In this document: piece after piece, positions 27,382 through 37,507 of the stretch
Layout of the letters: the number at the start of each line of letters is the position of its first letter
How positions within the stretch are numbered: the stretch's first letter is position 1
Assembly: GCA_903944345.1 (NCBI GenBank)
Contig: CAJARJ010000021.1
Span: forward strand, 5,528 to 69,527
Reading direction: 5' to 3'
Length of the DNA stretch: 64,000 nt
DNA from: Candidatus Omnitrophota bacterium
Lineage (GTDB): Bacteria > Omnitrophota > Gorgyraeia > Zapsychrales > Fredricksoniimonadaceae
The notes under the pieces: generated by a model
Seen by the model: the letters and a program-made list of their open reading frames with translations, nothing else
Database searches by the model: none
Told to the model about the DNA's origin: nothing
Position numbers and translations under genes: made by a program

Positions 27382-28584
27382 TTAAGGTTTCAGGATTTCG
27401 ATGGTGCGGGCTGTTCCGGTAAACCATTCTTGCGGCGGCGCGGGAAAGTTTCCAGGTTTTTCGCATTTCTCTCGTATTGCTGCTGCCAGTGTTGCGGGTT
27501 CCAGTTCGTGATAGTTAAGGACAGTGCTGTTGATCCGTTCCTTGAGTAACAGGGCCCGGGATTGCTGGTCGTTGGCGGGTTCATTCTGGGTTTTATTAAT
27601 ATATGGAACGATTATGCTTTGCGTTCCCGAGGTCAATAGTTGTACGGAAGTGTTGTAGCCGCACATGCTGATTGACAGCTGGCAGGAGCGCATGAGTTGA
27701 GCCAGTCCGGGGACGTGGTCAAAGAGGCGGATGCGGCTGCGATCCGATAAAGACAGGCAGGCCTCGAAGAGTTTTTTTTCTTCAGGGGTTGTTGAGGGAC
27801 CGCAGGCGATGGTCATGCGATACTTTTCACCCAGATGCTTGTGCGCCCGGATGGCACAGGCAATTATATTAGGGTAAACCGCCCCGCCCCCCCGGCTGAT
27901 AACAATATGATATGGTGCCGGATGCGGCCAATTAATGATTTGTGGCGGGCAGGGATCTTCAGCTGGAAGGACATAGCCGGTATAAGTGATTTTATCCCGG
28001 ATACGTTCAAAGAACTGGTCGTAGCCTGTCTGCAATTCGGGTTTTGCCAGAACTGTTCGAAGATAAGGATTTTCCAGTTGAGGAGGGGTGTGGATCAGCA
28101 ACTGGTCATAGAGGCCGATCAGGCGTATGGTCAGATCCATATCGCCCGACTTGGCCAGATTATAGATTTGAATCAGAAAAGGATAGCCGATACTGGCATA
28201 GATTTTTTTTCCGCATTGGCGTAGATGGCGTAAGGCCGGCAGCAGTTCCGGCGTGTAGTCCGCCCGTCCGAAAGGAAAAAATTCGGTTACGAAGATGTCA
28301 GGATTAACACTGCGGACTGTTTTCATAACGAACTCGCAGCGCAGGGGCAGAGATGTTGCGCTGCGCCCGCCGTGGAAGCTGAGTCGGGAATCGAATGGAT
28401 AAGGAATTGGGTGCAGGCCAACATTCTTTGGAAAGCGGATTGCGGGTTGCTCGGTTCCGGCCTGCAGAAGATGCACGCGGACTCCTGCCCGGGAGAGTCC
28501 ATGGCAGAGGGCGTGAACCCGGGTGCTGTGTCCCAGAGTGCCTTTGTGGGTGTAGTGAATCAGTACCGAGGGTTTCTTTTGCAT
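27382..28584 (-). CDS. GT-B glycosyltransferase (GT28-C/COG4671-like)
   Basis: HKGTLGHSTR, TEFFPFGR, YTGYV, ISRGGG, SMCGYNT, DQQSRA. Start moved to ATG 28584. Confidence 0.85.
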   Translation of the reverse strand: MQKKPSVLIHYTHKGTLGHSTRVHALCHGLSRAGVRVHLLQAGTEQPAIRFPKNVGLHPIPYPFDSRLSFHGGRSATSLPLRCEFVMKTVRSVNPDIFVTEFFPFGRADYTPELLPALRHLRQCGKKIYASIGYPFLIQIYNLAKSGDMDLTIRLIGLYDQLLIHTPPQLENPYLRTVLAKPELQTGYDQFFERIRDKITYTGYVLPAEDPCPPQIINWPHPAPYHIVISRGGGAVYPNIIACAIRAHKHLGEKYRMTIACGPSTTPEEKKLFEACLSLSDRSRIRLFDHVPGLAQLMRSCQLSISMCGYNTSVQLLTSGTQSIIVPYINKTQNEPANDQQSRALLLKERINSTVLNYHELEPATLAAAIREKCEKPGNFPAPPQEWFTGTARTIEILKP

Positions 28585-28707
28585 GTTATCGGAATGTTGA
28601 TTACAATGATGCAACAGCTTGCTGTACGAACGGTTTGATCGGAGCCCCCCGATAATTATAGAGCTTGAGTTTAATTCTATATATTTAGAACAAGGAACAT
28701 TGGAATC

Positions 28708-30042
28708 ATGATAAACAGTTTTGCGCAAATTGTCATAATCTTTTTGATGTTGTTGTTAAATGCCGTATTTGCTGCGTATGAAATGGCTCTGGCCTCTGTT
28801 TCCCAGTCCCGGCTTAACGCTTTATCTGCTCGTCAGGTCAAGGGCGGAGCGGAGGCCGCATTTATGAAGTCCAGGATTGAGGCCAGCCTGGCAGTTATCC
28901 AGATGGGGATTACCCTGGTGGCCGCGATTGCAGCGGCAACCGGGGGGTTGAGTGCAGTGGATTCTTTTGCTCCGTGGCTGGTGAAAGAGCTTGGCTGGCA
29001 CAAGACCCTGGCCGGAATGGTGGCGGTGATTATTGTTGTAATTCCCCTGAGCAGCGTAACGATTATTTTTGCCGAGCTGGTTCCCAAAATGCTTGCGCTT
29101 AACTATCGTGAGCGAGTGTGTTTGCGGCTGTCACCATTGATGAAAAGGCTTTTTCTTTTCTTGCATCCGGTGGTCAATGTATTTGAGCGGATTGTCAAAT
29201 GGCTGGTGCAGGCAGGAAGCAGACATTTCCCCGGACGTTCGTCTGCAGAAGAGTCCCCTGGACTGCATGAACTTCAGGCTGCTGCGGCTTTGGCGCGAAC
29301 GGCACGCCTGATCGGAGCACATCAGGAGAAAATTCTTTTGTCCGCGGCCCAGCTGTCTGCCCGGCAGGTGCGGGAGATACTTATCCCTTTATCGGAAGTG
29401 TCAACTATTCCGTCGACATTTACGCTCAGTCAGGCTTTGGTTCGGGCGCATCTGGATATGCACACCCGGTTTCCTGTCTGTCGGCAGGAAGGCGATTCTC
29501 AGAGTATCGACGGGTATGTGAATTTCAAGGATATTATTTCGGCCTTGCGCCTGAATCCGGAAGATCCTTCGGTTTGCGGGATTGTCCGGCCGCTCAAGAG
29601 CGTTGAGGCAGAACGCACCATTTCTGCGGTTCTGGAAATCATGATTCAGGAAAAGATGCACATTATTCTGGTTTGTTCGCGAGGTGGCCGGTATCTGGGA
29701 ATTGTGACGCTTGAGGATATTATTGAGGAATTGGTCGGAGAGATCGAGGATGAGTTTGATCGTCTGCCGGCCTATATTCATGCCTTTGCCGGAGGCTGGA
29801 TTGTTGGCGGGGGAACTTTAATGGAAAATATTTCCGGCGCGGCGGGTTTGTCCGGGACATTTCTCCCGGGAGAGCGCCTGGCCGATTGGTGTCTGCGACA
29901 GATCCCCGGAGGCAATCTTGAGGGTGGGCAGACGATCGAGGCCGATGGGTTGCGTGTAAGCTTGCGCAAGTTTCGCCGGCATAAGGTTAGTGAAGCGGCG
30001 ATTGCGCGGACACGTGAGGGAATAAAGGATGCACGGATGTAG
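28708..30042 (+). CDS. Hemolysin/CNNM (TlyC/CorB) family membrane protein with CBS pair
   Basis: LNAVFAAYEMAL, IQMGIT, AELVPK, HTRFPV, GIVTLEDIIEELVGEIEDEFD. Confidence 0.92.
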   Translation: MINSFAQIVIIFLMLLLNAVFAAYEMALASVSQSRLNALSARQVKGGAEAAFMKSRIEASLAVIQMGITLVAAIAAATGGLSAVDSFAPWLVKELGWHKTLAGMVAVIIVVIPLSSVTIIFAELVPKMLALNYRERVCLRLSPLMKRLFLFLHPVVNVFERIVKWLVQAGSRHFPGRSSAEESPGLHELQAAAALARTARLIGAHQEKILLSAAQLSARQVREILIPLSEVSTIPSTFTLSQALVRAHLDMHTRFPVCRQEGDSQSIDGYVNFKDIISALRLNPEDPSVCGIVRPLKSVEAERTISAVLEIMIQEKMHIILVCSRGGRYLGIVTLEDIIEELVGEIEDEFDRLPAYIHAFAGGWIVGGGTLMENISGAAGLSGTFLPGERLADWCLRQIPGGNLEGGQTIEADGLRVSLRKFRRHKVSEAAIARTREGIKDARM

Positions 30043-30045
30043 TTT

Positions 30046-30069
30046 GTCGCCGATCAGGGGCGGCTTTTT
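30046..30069 (+). terminator. Probable intrinsic terminator
   Basis: GTCGCC-gatcagg-GGCGGC stem-loop followed by TTTTT, just after the 30042 stop. Confidence 0.5.
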
Positions 30070-30146
30070 GTCTTGCAACTTTCCGGGGCATAAACAATAA
30101 TAGGCAGTTGCCGGTTGCTCCAGGTGCTTTATTGAAAGAGGTTGTT

Positions 30147-30827
30147 ATGTTGCCAGATAAAGATGTGGTCGATCGCCTTGTCGACTTGAGGGCGGAACAG
30201 GAGCGCACCCTGTCGGCGCCCCCGTTGCGGGCAAATTTCTTTTTGCGATGCATGTTTTTGTCAGTCGATCTTGTTTATGGCAGGCAGCGTACGCTGGCTC
30301 GCTTTCTGGTTCTGGAAACATTGGCCAGTTGCTTTTACCAGACATTGGGAAAACTTGAGAGAGTGGAAGCTTTTCTTCTTCGCCCGGATGGAAAAAATTC
30401 CCGGGGACTCAGTGCCCGGAATTTGGTCGGCTGTATCCAGCTGGGAAGATCGGGAAGAGATCTTTCCCGCTGGCACTTTTTGCTGCTGACAGATCTTGTC
30501 CGGCAGCAGAAGATCAAGTTGGACAAGTTTCGTTATTCATTTCTTCCGGCGGTCATGGCGTTTAAGTATCGGTTATTCCTGAGTATTGTTTTCTGGCTTC
30601 ATCCGGACTGGCTTTTGGGTATGACGGCGTCTTTTGGGTCCTATCTTGAGCATCAGTATATGTTGCTGGCGCGCGAAAATTCCGGCTGGGATACCCAGGC
30701 GGTGCAAAGCCGCTGGTTTGAGTGTTACCCTGCACAGAGGACCCTCGGAGATCTGATTCGCCGGATTGCTCTGGATCAGAGGGAATTAATGCAGTCTTTC
30801 CTGAGAAGAGATGCAGACAAAACGTAG
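30147..30827 (+). CDS. Alternative-oxidase-like (ferritin-fold) protein with degenerate di-iron ligands
   Basis: DLVYG..RT..RFLVLETLA, WH, EHQY and DLIRRIALD follow the bacterial AOX-like layout, but most E/H ligands are substituted. Confidence 0.6.
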   Translation: MLPDKDVVDRLVDLRAEQERTLSAPPLRANFFLRCMFLSVDLVYGRQRTLARFLVLETLASCFYQTLGKLERVEAFLLRPDGKNSRGLSARNLVGCIQLGRSGRDLSRWHFLLLTDLVRQQKIKLDKFRYSFLPAVMAFKYRLFLSIVFWLHPDWLLGMTASFGSYLEHQYMLLARENSGWDTQAVQSRWFECYPAQRTLGDLIRRIALDQRELMQSFLRRDADKT

Positions 30828-30909
30828 GCGTTAAAATTAAAGGTTGGTTTGGATTCCGGATTTTGAAAAGGAGTCTGGCGTAATCAGAGGTTAACAAAGG
30901 AGAAGGTGT

Positions 30910-32562
30910 ATGTTGTCTGACCGGATTAAAAAAGGATTGGAGCGGATGCCCAACCGGGCTCTTTTGTATGCGACAGGTCTGCATCGTTCGCATATGGATC
31001 GCCCGTTCATCGGAATTGCCTCTTCCTATACAGACATTATTCCCGGACATGTTCACATGCGTTCGCTGGAGCGCTATATTGAGCGCGGCGTCGAGAATGG
31101 GGGAGGGACTCCTTTTATTTTTGGTGTTCCGGGCATTTGCGACGGGATTGCCATGGGGCATTCCGGCATGCGCAATTCTCTTCCTTCCCGTGAAATTATT
31201 GCGGATGTCATCGAGAATGTGGCAGGAGCCAATGCTTTTGACGGGTTGATTTTGCTGACTAATTGCGACAAGATTACCCCGGGCATGATCATGGGGGCCT
31301 TGCGTCTTAATATTCCGGTCATTGTAATGACTGCCGGAGCAATGATGACCGGGCATCACAAAAAGCGTCGTCTGAATCTTATTACCGATACATTTGAGGC
31401 GGTAGGCCAGGTTAAGGCGGGGACGTTGACAGAAGAGGATCGGCAGGTTCTGGAGAAAGAGGCTTGTCCGACTTGCGGTTCTTGTCAGGGAATGTATACG
31501 GCCAATACGATGGCATGTTTGTCCGAGGCAATGGGGCTTTCTCTGCCCTATTGTGCCACAACGATGGCGGTGTTGTCCGAGAAGAGCCGGATTGCTTACG
31601 AGAGTGGACAGCGTGTGGTTGATCTGGTGCGAAAAGGTGTTCGGGTGCGCGACATCGTAACGCCCAAAGCACTTGAAAATGCGATCCGGGTTGATATGGC
31701 TTTGGGCGGGTCATCAAACACTGTTTTACATTTGATGGCTATTGCGCATGAAGCGCGGGCAGATATCTCTTTACGTGATTTTGACCGCCTCAGCAAGACC
31801 ACGCCACATTTGTGCAGCATGAATCCGGCGGGCAAATGGTATATGGAAGACCTGCATTACGCCGGAGGCATTCCTGCGGTTATGCGGATGATTGGCAAGA
31901 GTTTGCATGATTTGCCAACTGTCAGCGGGCGCTCAGTCTACGAGATTCTTTCGGCCGTTAAGTATTGTGATGCCGAGGTTATTCGCACTCCAGAGGATCC
32001 CGAGCATCAGCAGGGCGGATTGGCGGTTCTTTACGGCAATCTTGCCGAGGAGGGATGTGTGGTCAAGCAGTCGGCTGTGGAAACATCCATGTTGGCGTTC
32101 AGTGGTCAGGCGGTTGTTTTTAATTCGGAAGAAGACGCCATGGAGGCGATTTTGTCCGGTAAGATTGTCAAGGGATCAGTTGTTGTTGTGCGTTATGAAG
32201 GCCCTGCTGGCGGTCCGGGAATGCGTGAAATGCTAGGGCCCACAGCTGCGATTGCAGGCATGGGGCTGCACAAGGATGTGGCTCTTATTACCGATGGACG
32301 TTTTTCGGGGGGGACGAGGGGGCCCTGTATCGGGCATATTTCTCCCGAAGCGGCGGCCGGAGGACTTATTGCTTATCTAAAAGACGGAGATACTATAGAT
32401 CTGGATATTCCTGGTAACAAGATCAATGTGCGCCTGACCGATAACGAGATTGAGAAGCGCAAGAAAGAAATGACTTTGCTTGCTCCAAGGGTGTGTGAAG
32501 GTTTTCTTGGGCGCTATGCGCGTGCAGTCACATCTGCTTCGACTGGGGCGGTTTTACGTTAG
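30910..32562 (+). CDS. ilvD: Dihydroxy-acid dehydratase
   Basis: [59 protein letters not shown]. Confidence 0.97.
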   Translation: MLSDRIKKGLERMPNRALLYATGLHRSHMDRPFIGIASSYTDIIPGHVHMRSLERYIERGVENGGGTPFIFGVPGICDGIAMGHSGMRNSLPSREIIADVIENVAGANAFDGLILLTNCDKITPGMIMGALRLNIPVIVMTAGAMMTGHHKKRRLNLITDTFEAVGQVKAGTLTEEDRQVLEKEACPTCGSCQGMYTANTMACLSEAMGLSLPYCATTMAVLSEKSRIAYESGQRVVDLVRKGVRVRDIVTPKALENAIRVDMALGGSSNTVLHLMAIAHEARADISLRDFDRLSKTTPHLCSMNPAGKWYMEDLHYAGGIPAVMRMIGKSLHDLPTVSGRSVYEILSAVKYCDAEVIRTPEDPEHQQGGLAVLYGNLAEEGCVVKQSAVETSMLAFSGQAVVFNSEEDAMEAILSGKIVKGSVVVVRYEGPAGGPGMREMLGPTAAIAGMGLHKDVALITDGRFSGGTRGPCIGHISPEAAAGGLIAYLKDGDTIDLDIPGNKINVRLTDNEIEKRKKEMTLLAPRVCEGFLGRYARAVTSASTGAVLR

Positions 32563-32618
32563 TGTCGGATGATTTTTAGTTGGTTATTACGTTTATATAA
32601 AAGTAATTCAATTTATTG

Positions 32619-32650
32619 GCGGACACCCCGTTTTGAAGGGGGGAGTCCGC
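32619..32650. terminator. GC-rich hairpin after ilvD
   Basis: GCGGACACCCC-N-GGGGAGTCCGC inverted repeat with one mismatch. No clear + strand U-tract. Confidence 0.35.
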
Positions 32651-32820
32651 AATGACTTATAGATGCTTATCATTGTCGCGCAACAACTTACAATCCTGAT
32701 AAAATCCGGACTAAGGAAGAGCTGCCTTGTTGCGCATTTTTTCTTTTTGAGCGATTTTTGGACACAAGCAGGCAGATTGGTTCTTGGTCAGGACCTCTTC
32801 GAAATCCTCCGAAAAACATA

Positions 32821-32848
32821 TTGACGTATGTTTGGGGTGGAGTATAAT
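32821..32848 (+). promoter_or_regulatory. Sigma70 promoter of the glgP operon
   Basis: TTGACG, 16 nt spacer, TATAAT. AAGGAGG RBS before ATG 32936. Confidence 0.65.
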
Positions 32849-32935
32849 TCTTGATCGAGACGTAACTTATTTTTATCCAGGCGCTTATCGCATTTTCTGT
32901 GATCGGGTTTTTTGGTGTTCCCGAAGGAGGAAGGC

Positions 32936-35374
32936 ATGTCGAAGTCCGAGGAAAAGAGTGGCTTACCCGCCGATATGAGCAAAGAGGATATCAAGCGTTG
33001 TTTTCAGGATATTCGGGCTCATTATCTTGCAAAAAATCAAGACAGCGCAACAACTTTAGACAATTTTCATGCCTTGGCCTTGACGGTGCGTCATCGCATT
33101 GTTGATCGCTGGATGCGCACCCAGAAAAGCTATCATGAGCGTAATGCAAGGCGGGTCTACTATTTGTCCATGGAATTCCTGATCGGGCGCCTCATGGGCA
33201 ATTATATGTTCAATCTTGGCAAGGAGAAAGATATTGAGGCGGCCTTGCGCGAGATGGATATAAGCTTGGATGATGTGCGTAACGAAGAGCTGGATGCCGG
33301 GCTCGGCAATGGCGGTCTTGGGCGTTTGGCGGCTTGTTTTCTGGATTCTATGGCGACGTTGCGTGTTCCGGCGTATGGGTACGGCATTCGATACGATTAC
33401 GGGATTTTTAATCAGAAGATACAGGATGGTAATCAATTCGAGCTGCCGGACGAATGGATGCGCAATGGCAATCCCTGGGAAATTCCCCGGCCCGAATATA
33501 CGGTCAAGATTAACTTCTACGGACGCATTGATCACTCTTCGCAATTCACTTCTCCTTGGGTTGATACTGAAGCCGTTCTGGCGGTTCCCTACGATATTCC
33601 AATTCCTGGTTACAAGAATGATGTGGTCAATACCTTGCGATTGTGGTCGGCTCGGGCAACTGATGAGTTTGAGTTCGATTATTTCAACCACGGTAATTAC
33701 GATCGGGCTGTTCAAAAGAAAATTCTTTCTGAAAGCATTTCCAAGGTGCTTTATCCGAACGACAACGTTAATCAGGGCAAGGAGTTGCGGCTCAAGCAGG
33801 AGTATTTCTTTACAGCGGCCGCTATTGCAGACATTATTCGTCGCCATAAGGTAGGCAAAAATGATATCCGCTCCTTGCATAACAAGGCTTGCATCCAGTT
33901 AAACGATACGCATCCTACGCTGGCTATTCTCGAGCTTATGCGGGTCTTGCTTGACCAGGAGGGACTCTCTTGGGAGGATGCCTGGAGTATTACCAGCCAG
34001 ACTTTTGCTTACACCAATCACACGCTTTTGCCCGAAGCGCTGGAATGTTGGACAGTTCCTTTGATGCAAACGGTGTTGCCGCGCCATCTTGAGATCGCTT
34101 ATGAAGTTAATGCGCGTTTCTTGGCGGATGTTGCCAGAAAATTTCCCGGAGATAATGCCCGTTCTATCCGCATGTCCGTCATTCAGGAGGGGGATATCAA
34201 GCGGGTGCGCATGGGGTTTCTGGCCATTATTGGAAGTTTTTCTGTGAACGGGGTTTCTGCCCTGCATTCGACTTTGCTTAAAACAGATTTGTTCAAAGAT
34301 TTTTATGAAATGTTCCCGGAGCGGTTTAACAACAAGACCAACGGGATAACTCCCAGGCGTTGGTTGTTAAAAGCCAATCCCCGCCTGGCAGACCTGATTA
34401 CGGAAACTGTGGGCGACAGATGGGTAACCGAGCTCGAAGATTTGCGCGGGCTTGAGCGGCATAAGGATAGTCGGGAGTTTCGCCGCCGCTGGCAGGCAAT
34501 CAAGCAGGCAAATAAGGTTGCTCTTTCCGAGTATGTTTTTCGCGCTATGGATGTACCGGTTGACCCCAATTCTCTTTTTGATGTTCAGGTCAAGCGAATA
34601 CACGAATACAAGAGACAGTTCCTTTTCGGGCTTTATATTATTTCCCAGTATTTGAGCATCAAGAACAATCCCGCTGCGTTTGTCCAGCCGCGTACTTTTA
34701 TAATCGGCGGCAAAGCGGCACCCGGGTATTATTTGGCAAAGCTGATCATCAAGTTCTTGAACAATGTGGCTATGGTTATTAATCAGGACAAGCCTGTGCG
34801 CGAGAAAATCCGTTTGGTGTTTCTGGAAAACTATCGAGTGTCGCTTGCCGAAAAAATCATGCCTGCGGCGGATCTTTCCGAGCAGATTTCCACGGCTGGC
34901 ATGGAAGCGTCGGGTACTGGTAATATGAAATTCATGCTGAACGGGGCGTTGACGATCGGAACTTATGACGGGGCCAATGTGGAGATGTCCGAGCAGCTTA
35001 ATGGCGAAGACATTTTTATTTTTGGCCTGAGGGCCGGTGAAGTGGCGGATTTACGTGCCAAGGGGTATAATCCCAGAGACTATATCAAGGCGTCGGCATC
35101 GCTGCGTGAAACTTTTCGTTTGCTGGAGAATGATTTCTTTTCCCCTGGGCAGCCAGGGCTTTTTGATCCTTTGCTGGATACTATCTATCATGGTGACCAT
35201 TTTATGGTGTGCGCGGATTATGACGCTTATTTAAAGGCGCAGGATGCCGTTTCGCGTGCTTATAGCGACCGCGATTCCTGGACAGGAAAAACAGTTGTGA
35301 ATGTCGCCCGTAGCGGATTTTTTTCCAGTGACCGCACTATTCGCGAGTATGCCAGGGAGATATGGCGTGTCTAG
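32936..35374 (+). CDS. glgP: Glycogen/starch phosphorylase
   Basis: YYLSMEFL, GLGNGGLGRLAACFLDS, LRLKQEY, NDTHP, KRIHEYKRQ, EASGTGNMK. Confidence 0.97.
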   Translation: MSKSEEKSGLPADMSKEDIKRCFQDIRAHYLAKNQDSATTLDNFHALALTVRHRIVDRWMRTQKSYHERNARRVYYLSMEFLIGRLMGNYMFNLGKEKDIEAALREMDISLDDVRNEELDAGLGNGGLGRLAACFLDSMATLRVPAYGYGIRYDYGIFNQKIQDGNQFELPDEWMRNGNPWEIPRPEYTVKINFYGRIDHSSQFTSPWVDTEAVLAVPYDIPIPGYKNDVVNTLRLWSARATDEFEFDYFNHGNYDRAVQKKILSESISKVLYPNDNVNQGKELRLKQEYFFTAAAIADIIRRHKVGKNDIRSLHNKACIQLNDTHPTLAILELMRVLLDQEGLSWEDAWSITSQTFAYTNHTLLPEALECWTVPLMQTVLPRHLEIAYEVNARFLADVARKFPGDNARSIRMSVIQEGDIKRVRMGFLAIIGSFSVNGVSALHSTLLKTDLFKDFYEMFPERFNNKTNGITPRRWLLKANPRLADLITETVGDRWVTELEDLRGLERHKDSREFRRRWQAIKQANKVALSEYVFRAMDVPVDPNSLFDVQVKRIHEYKRQFLFGLYIISQYLSIKNNPAAFVQPRTFIIGGKAAPGYYLAKLIIKFLNNVAMVINQDKPVREKIRLVFLENYRVSLAEKIMPAADLSEQISTAGMEASGTGNMKFMLNGALTIGTYDGANVEMSEQLNGEDIFIFGLRAGEVADLRAKGYNPRDYIKASASLRETFRLLENDFFSPGQPGLFDPLLDTIYHGDHFMVCADYDAYLKAQDAVSRAYSDRDSWTGKTVVNVARSGFFSSDRTIREYAREIWRV

Positions 35375-35461
35375 AAATATCCGGTTCGCCCGCGAAGTTG
35401 GGGTGGCCTGTTCGGAAATAAAAAAACAGATCGTTAGCGCGTTCTAATGACAGGAGACATT

Positions 35462-37492
35462 ATGCAAACGACTATAATCACCAGCCGGCGTAAAAGTGCA
35501 AAAACATATTATGCGGCCAAGGTTGCCCAGCCCGCAACGGCTGCGCCGGAAGAGTCGTTTGTTTGCAGTGAACCGGAAATGCGGGAGGACGAAAAGATGT
35601 CCTGTCAGATCACCGACTTTGATACCCACCTTTTACGGGAAGGGCATCATTATCGTTTGTATCGTAAGTTGGGAGCGCATATTGTTGTGCAGGACGGTCT
35701 CAAGGGTGTCAAATTTGCGCTTTGGGCACCCAACGCCAAGAAGGTTTCGGTTGTTGGTGATTTCAATGGCTGGAAGCGCGGGGCGAATGTGCTGCAGTCC
35801 CGTGGAGATGGCTCAGGAATATGGGAGGGGTTTATTCCCCGCCTAGGTCACGGAACTTTGTACAAATACGCTATTCTCAGTCCTCAGGGCTGGCAGTTGG
35901 AAAAAGCCGATCCGGTTGGATTTCATTCCGAAGTTCCGCCGAAATCTGCCTCGATTGTCTGGGATACAAGTTATTCCTGGCAGGACGGGGCATGGATGGC
36001 CAAGCGATCGCAGTACAATGCTCTTAACCGACCGATGTCAGTCTATGAAGTGCATTTGGGTTCCTGGATGCGTTCGGTTGATAATGGCGGGCGTGCTTTG
36101 ACATATGTCGAACTTGCGGACAAACTGGTGGATTATGTGCGCAAGATGGGTTACACGCATGTGGAGCTTATGCCGGTTATGGCACATCCTTTTCAGGGGT
36201 CATGGGGGTATCAAACTATCGGACATTTTGCTCCGGCATCTTTTTTTGGCAGTCCTCAGGACTTGATGTATCTCATTGATCGCTTTCACCAATATGATAT
36301 TGCTGTTATTCTGGATTGGGTTCCGTCGCATTTTCCAAATGACGGGCACGGACTCTGGCAGTTTGACGGCACGGCTCTTTACGAGCATGAAGATATGCGC
36401 AAAGGTTTTCATCCCGACTGGAAAAGCTCCATTTTCAATTATGGCCGGGTTGAGGTGCGCAGTTATCTTATTTCCAGCGCCATGTTCTGGCTTGACCTTT
36501 ATCATGCGGACGGTTTGCGCGTGGATGGAGTGGCGTCCATGCTTTATCTGGATTATTCACGTCAGGAAGGGGAGTGGATTCCCAACTGTTTCGGTGGACG
36601 TGAAAATCTGGAGGCTATTGATTTTATTCGCAAGCTCAATGAGGCGGTTTATTCCGCACATCCTGATATTCAGATGATTGCGGAAGAATCGACCGCTTGG
36701 AGCAAGGTGTCTCGTCCGGTTTTTGAGGGGGGTCTTGGTTTCGGGATGAAATGGAATATGGGTTGGATGCACGATACGTTGGTCTATTTCACCAAGGATC
36801 CGGTCTACCGCAAACATCATCATAATCAGCTGACGTTCGGGCTTTTGTATGCTTTCACTGAAAACTTTATGATGTCTTTATCGCATGATGAGGTTGTCCA
36901 TGGCAAAGGCTCTCTTCTGCGCAAGATGCCTGGAGATGACTGGCAGAAATTTGCCAATTTACGGTTGTTGTTTGGCTACATGTTTGGTCAGCCCGGGAAA
37001 AAGTTGCACTTTATGGGTGGGGAGTTTGGGCAGTGGGATGAATGGAACTATCAGGCCAGTCTGGACTGGCACTTGCTGCAGTGGGCACCGCATCAGGGAG
37101 CACAAAAGTGGATGCAGGATCTTAATGAAATGTATCGTCGCGAGCCGGCACTTTATCAGCGGGATTTCACGCATGACGGGTTTGAATGGGTGGACTGCGG
37201 GGCGTGGGAGGATAGCGTGCTAACCTGGCTGCGCAAGGGAGACGATCCTGCACAAGATGTTCTGGTGGTTTGTAATTTTACGCCTGTTTTGCGTGAGAAG
37301 TATCCTGTCGGGGTTCCTCGTGCGGGCTACTGGAGAGAACTGCTGAACTCTGATGGGAAAATGTATGGCGGCAGCGACCAGGGAAATGCTGGCGGGATAA
37401 TGTCTTCTCCCGTTGAGGTTCAGGGGCGTCCACATTCGCTTTTGATGAATCTGCCTCCTTTGTCGATTGTGTTTTTGAAAAAAGAAAGTTAA
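35462..37492 (+). CDS. glgB: 1,4-alpha-glucan branching enzyme
   Basis: LGAH, WAPNA, YEVHLGSW, SWGYQ, DWVPSHF, RVDGVASM, AEEST, SHDEVVHGK. An alternative start is at 35597. Confidence 0.97.
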   Translation: MQTTIITSRRKSAKTYYAAKVAQPATAAPEESFVCSEPEMREDEKMSCQITDFDTHLLREGHHYRLYRKLGAHIVVQDGLKGVKFALWAPNAKKVSVVGDFNGWKRGANVLQSRGDGSGIWEGFIPRLGHGTLYKYAILSPQGWQLEKADPVGFHSEVPPKSASIVWDTSYSWQDGAWMAKRSQYNALNRPMSVYEVHLGSWMRSVDNGGRALTYVELADKLVDYVRKMGYTHVELMPVMAHPFQGSWGYQTIGHFAPASFFGSPQDLMYLIDRFHQYDIAVILDWVPSHFPNDGHGLWQFDGTALYEHEDMRKGFHPDWKSSIFNYGRVEVRSYLISSAMFWLDLYHADGLRVDGVASMLYLDYSRQEGEWIPNCFGGRENLEAIDFIRKLNEAVYSAHPDIQMIAEESTAWSKVSRPVFEGGLGFGMKWNMGWMHDTLVYFTKDPVYRKHHHNQLTFGLLYAFTENFMMSLSHDEVVHGKGSLLRKMPGDDWQKFANLRLLFGYMFGQPGKKLHFMGGEFGQWDEWNYQASLDWHLLQWAPHQGAQKWMQDLNEMYRREPALYQRDFTHDGFEWVDCGAWEDSVLTWLRKGDDPAQDVLVVCNFTPVLREKYPVGVPRAGYWRELLNSDGKMYGGSDQGNAGGIMSSPVEVQGRPHSLLMNLPPLSIVFLKKES

Positions 37493-37507
37493 CGAAAAGG
37501 GTTTTCT

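Noticed and set aside
28585-28728. N-terminal 48 aa of the glycosyltransferase ORF
   Set aside because: It overlaps the divergent CNNM gene start, and the family motif begins just after Met at 28584.
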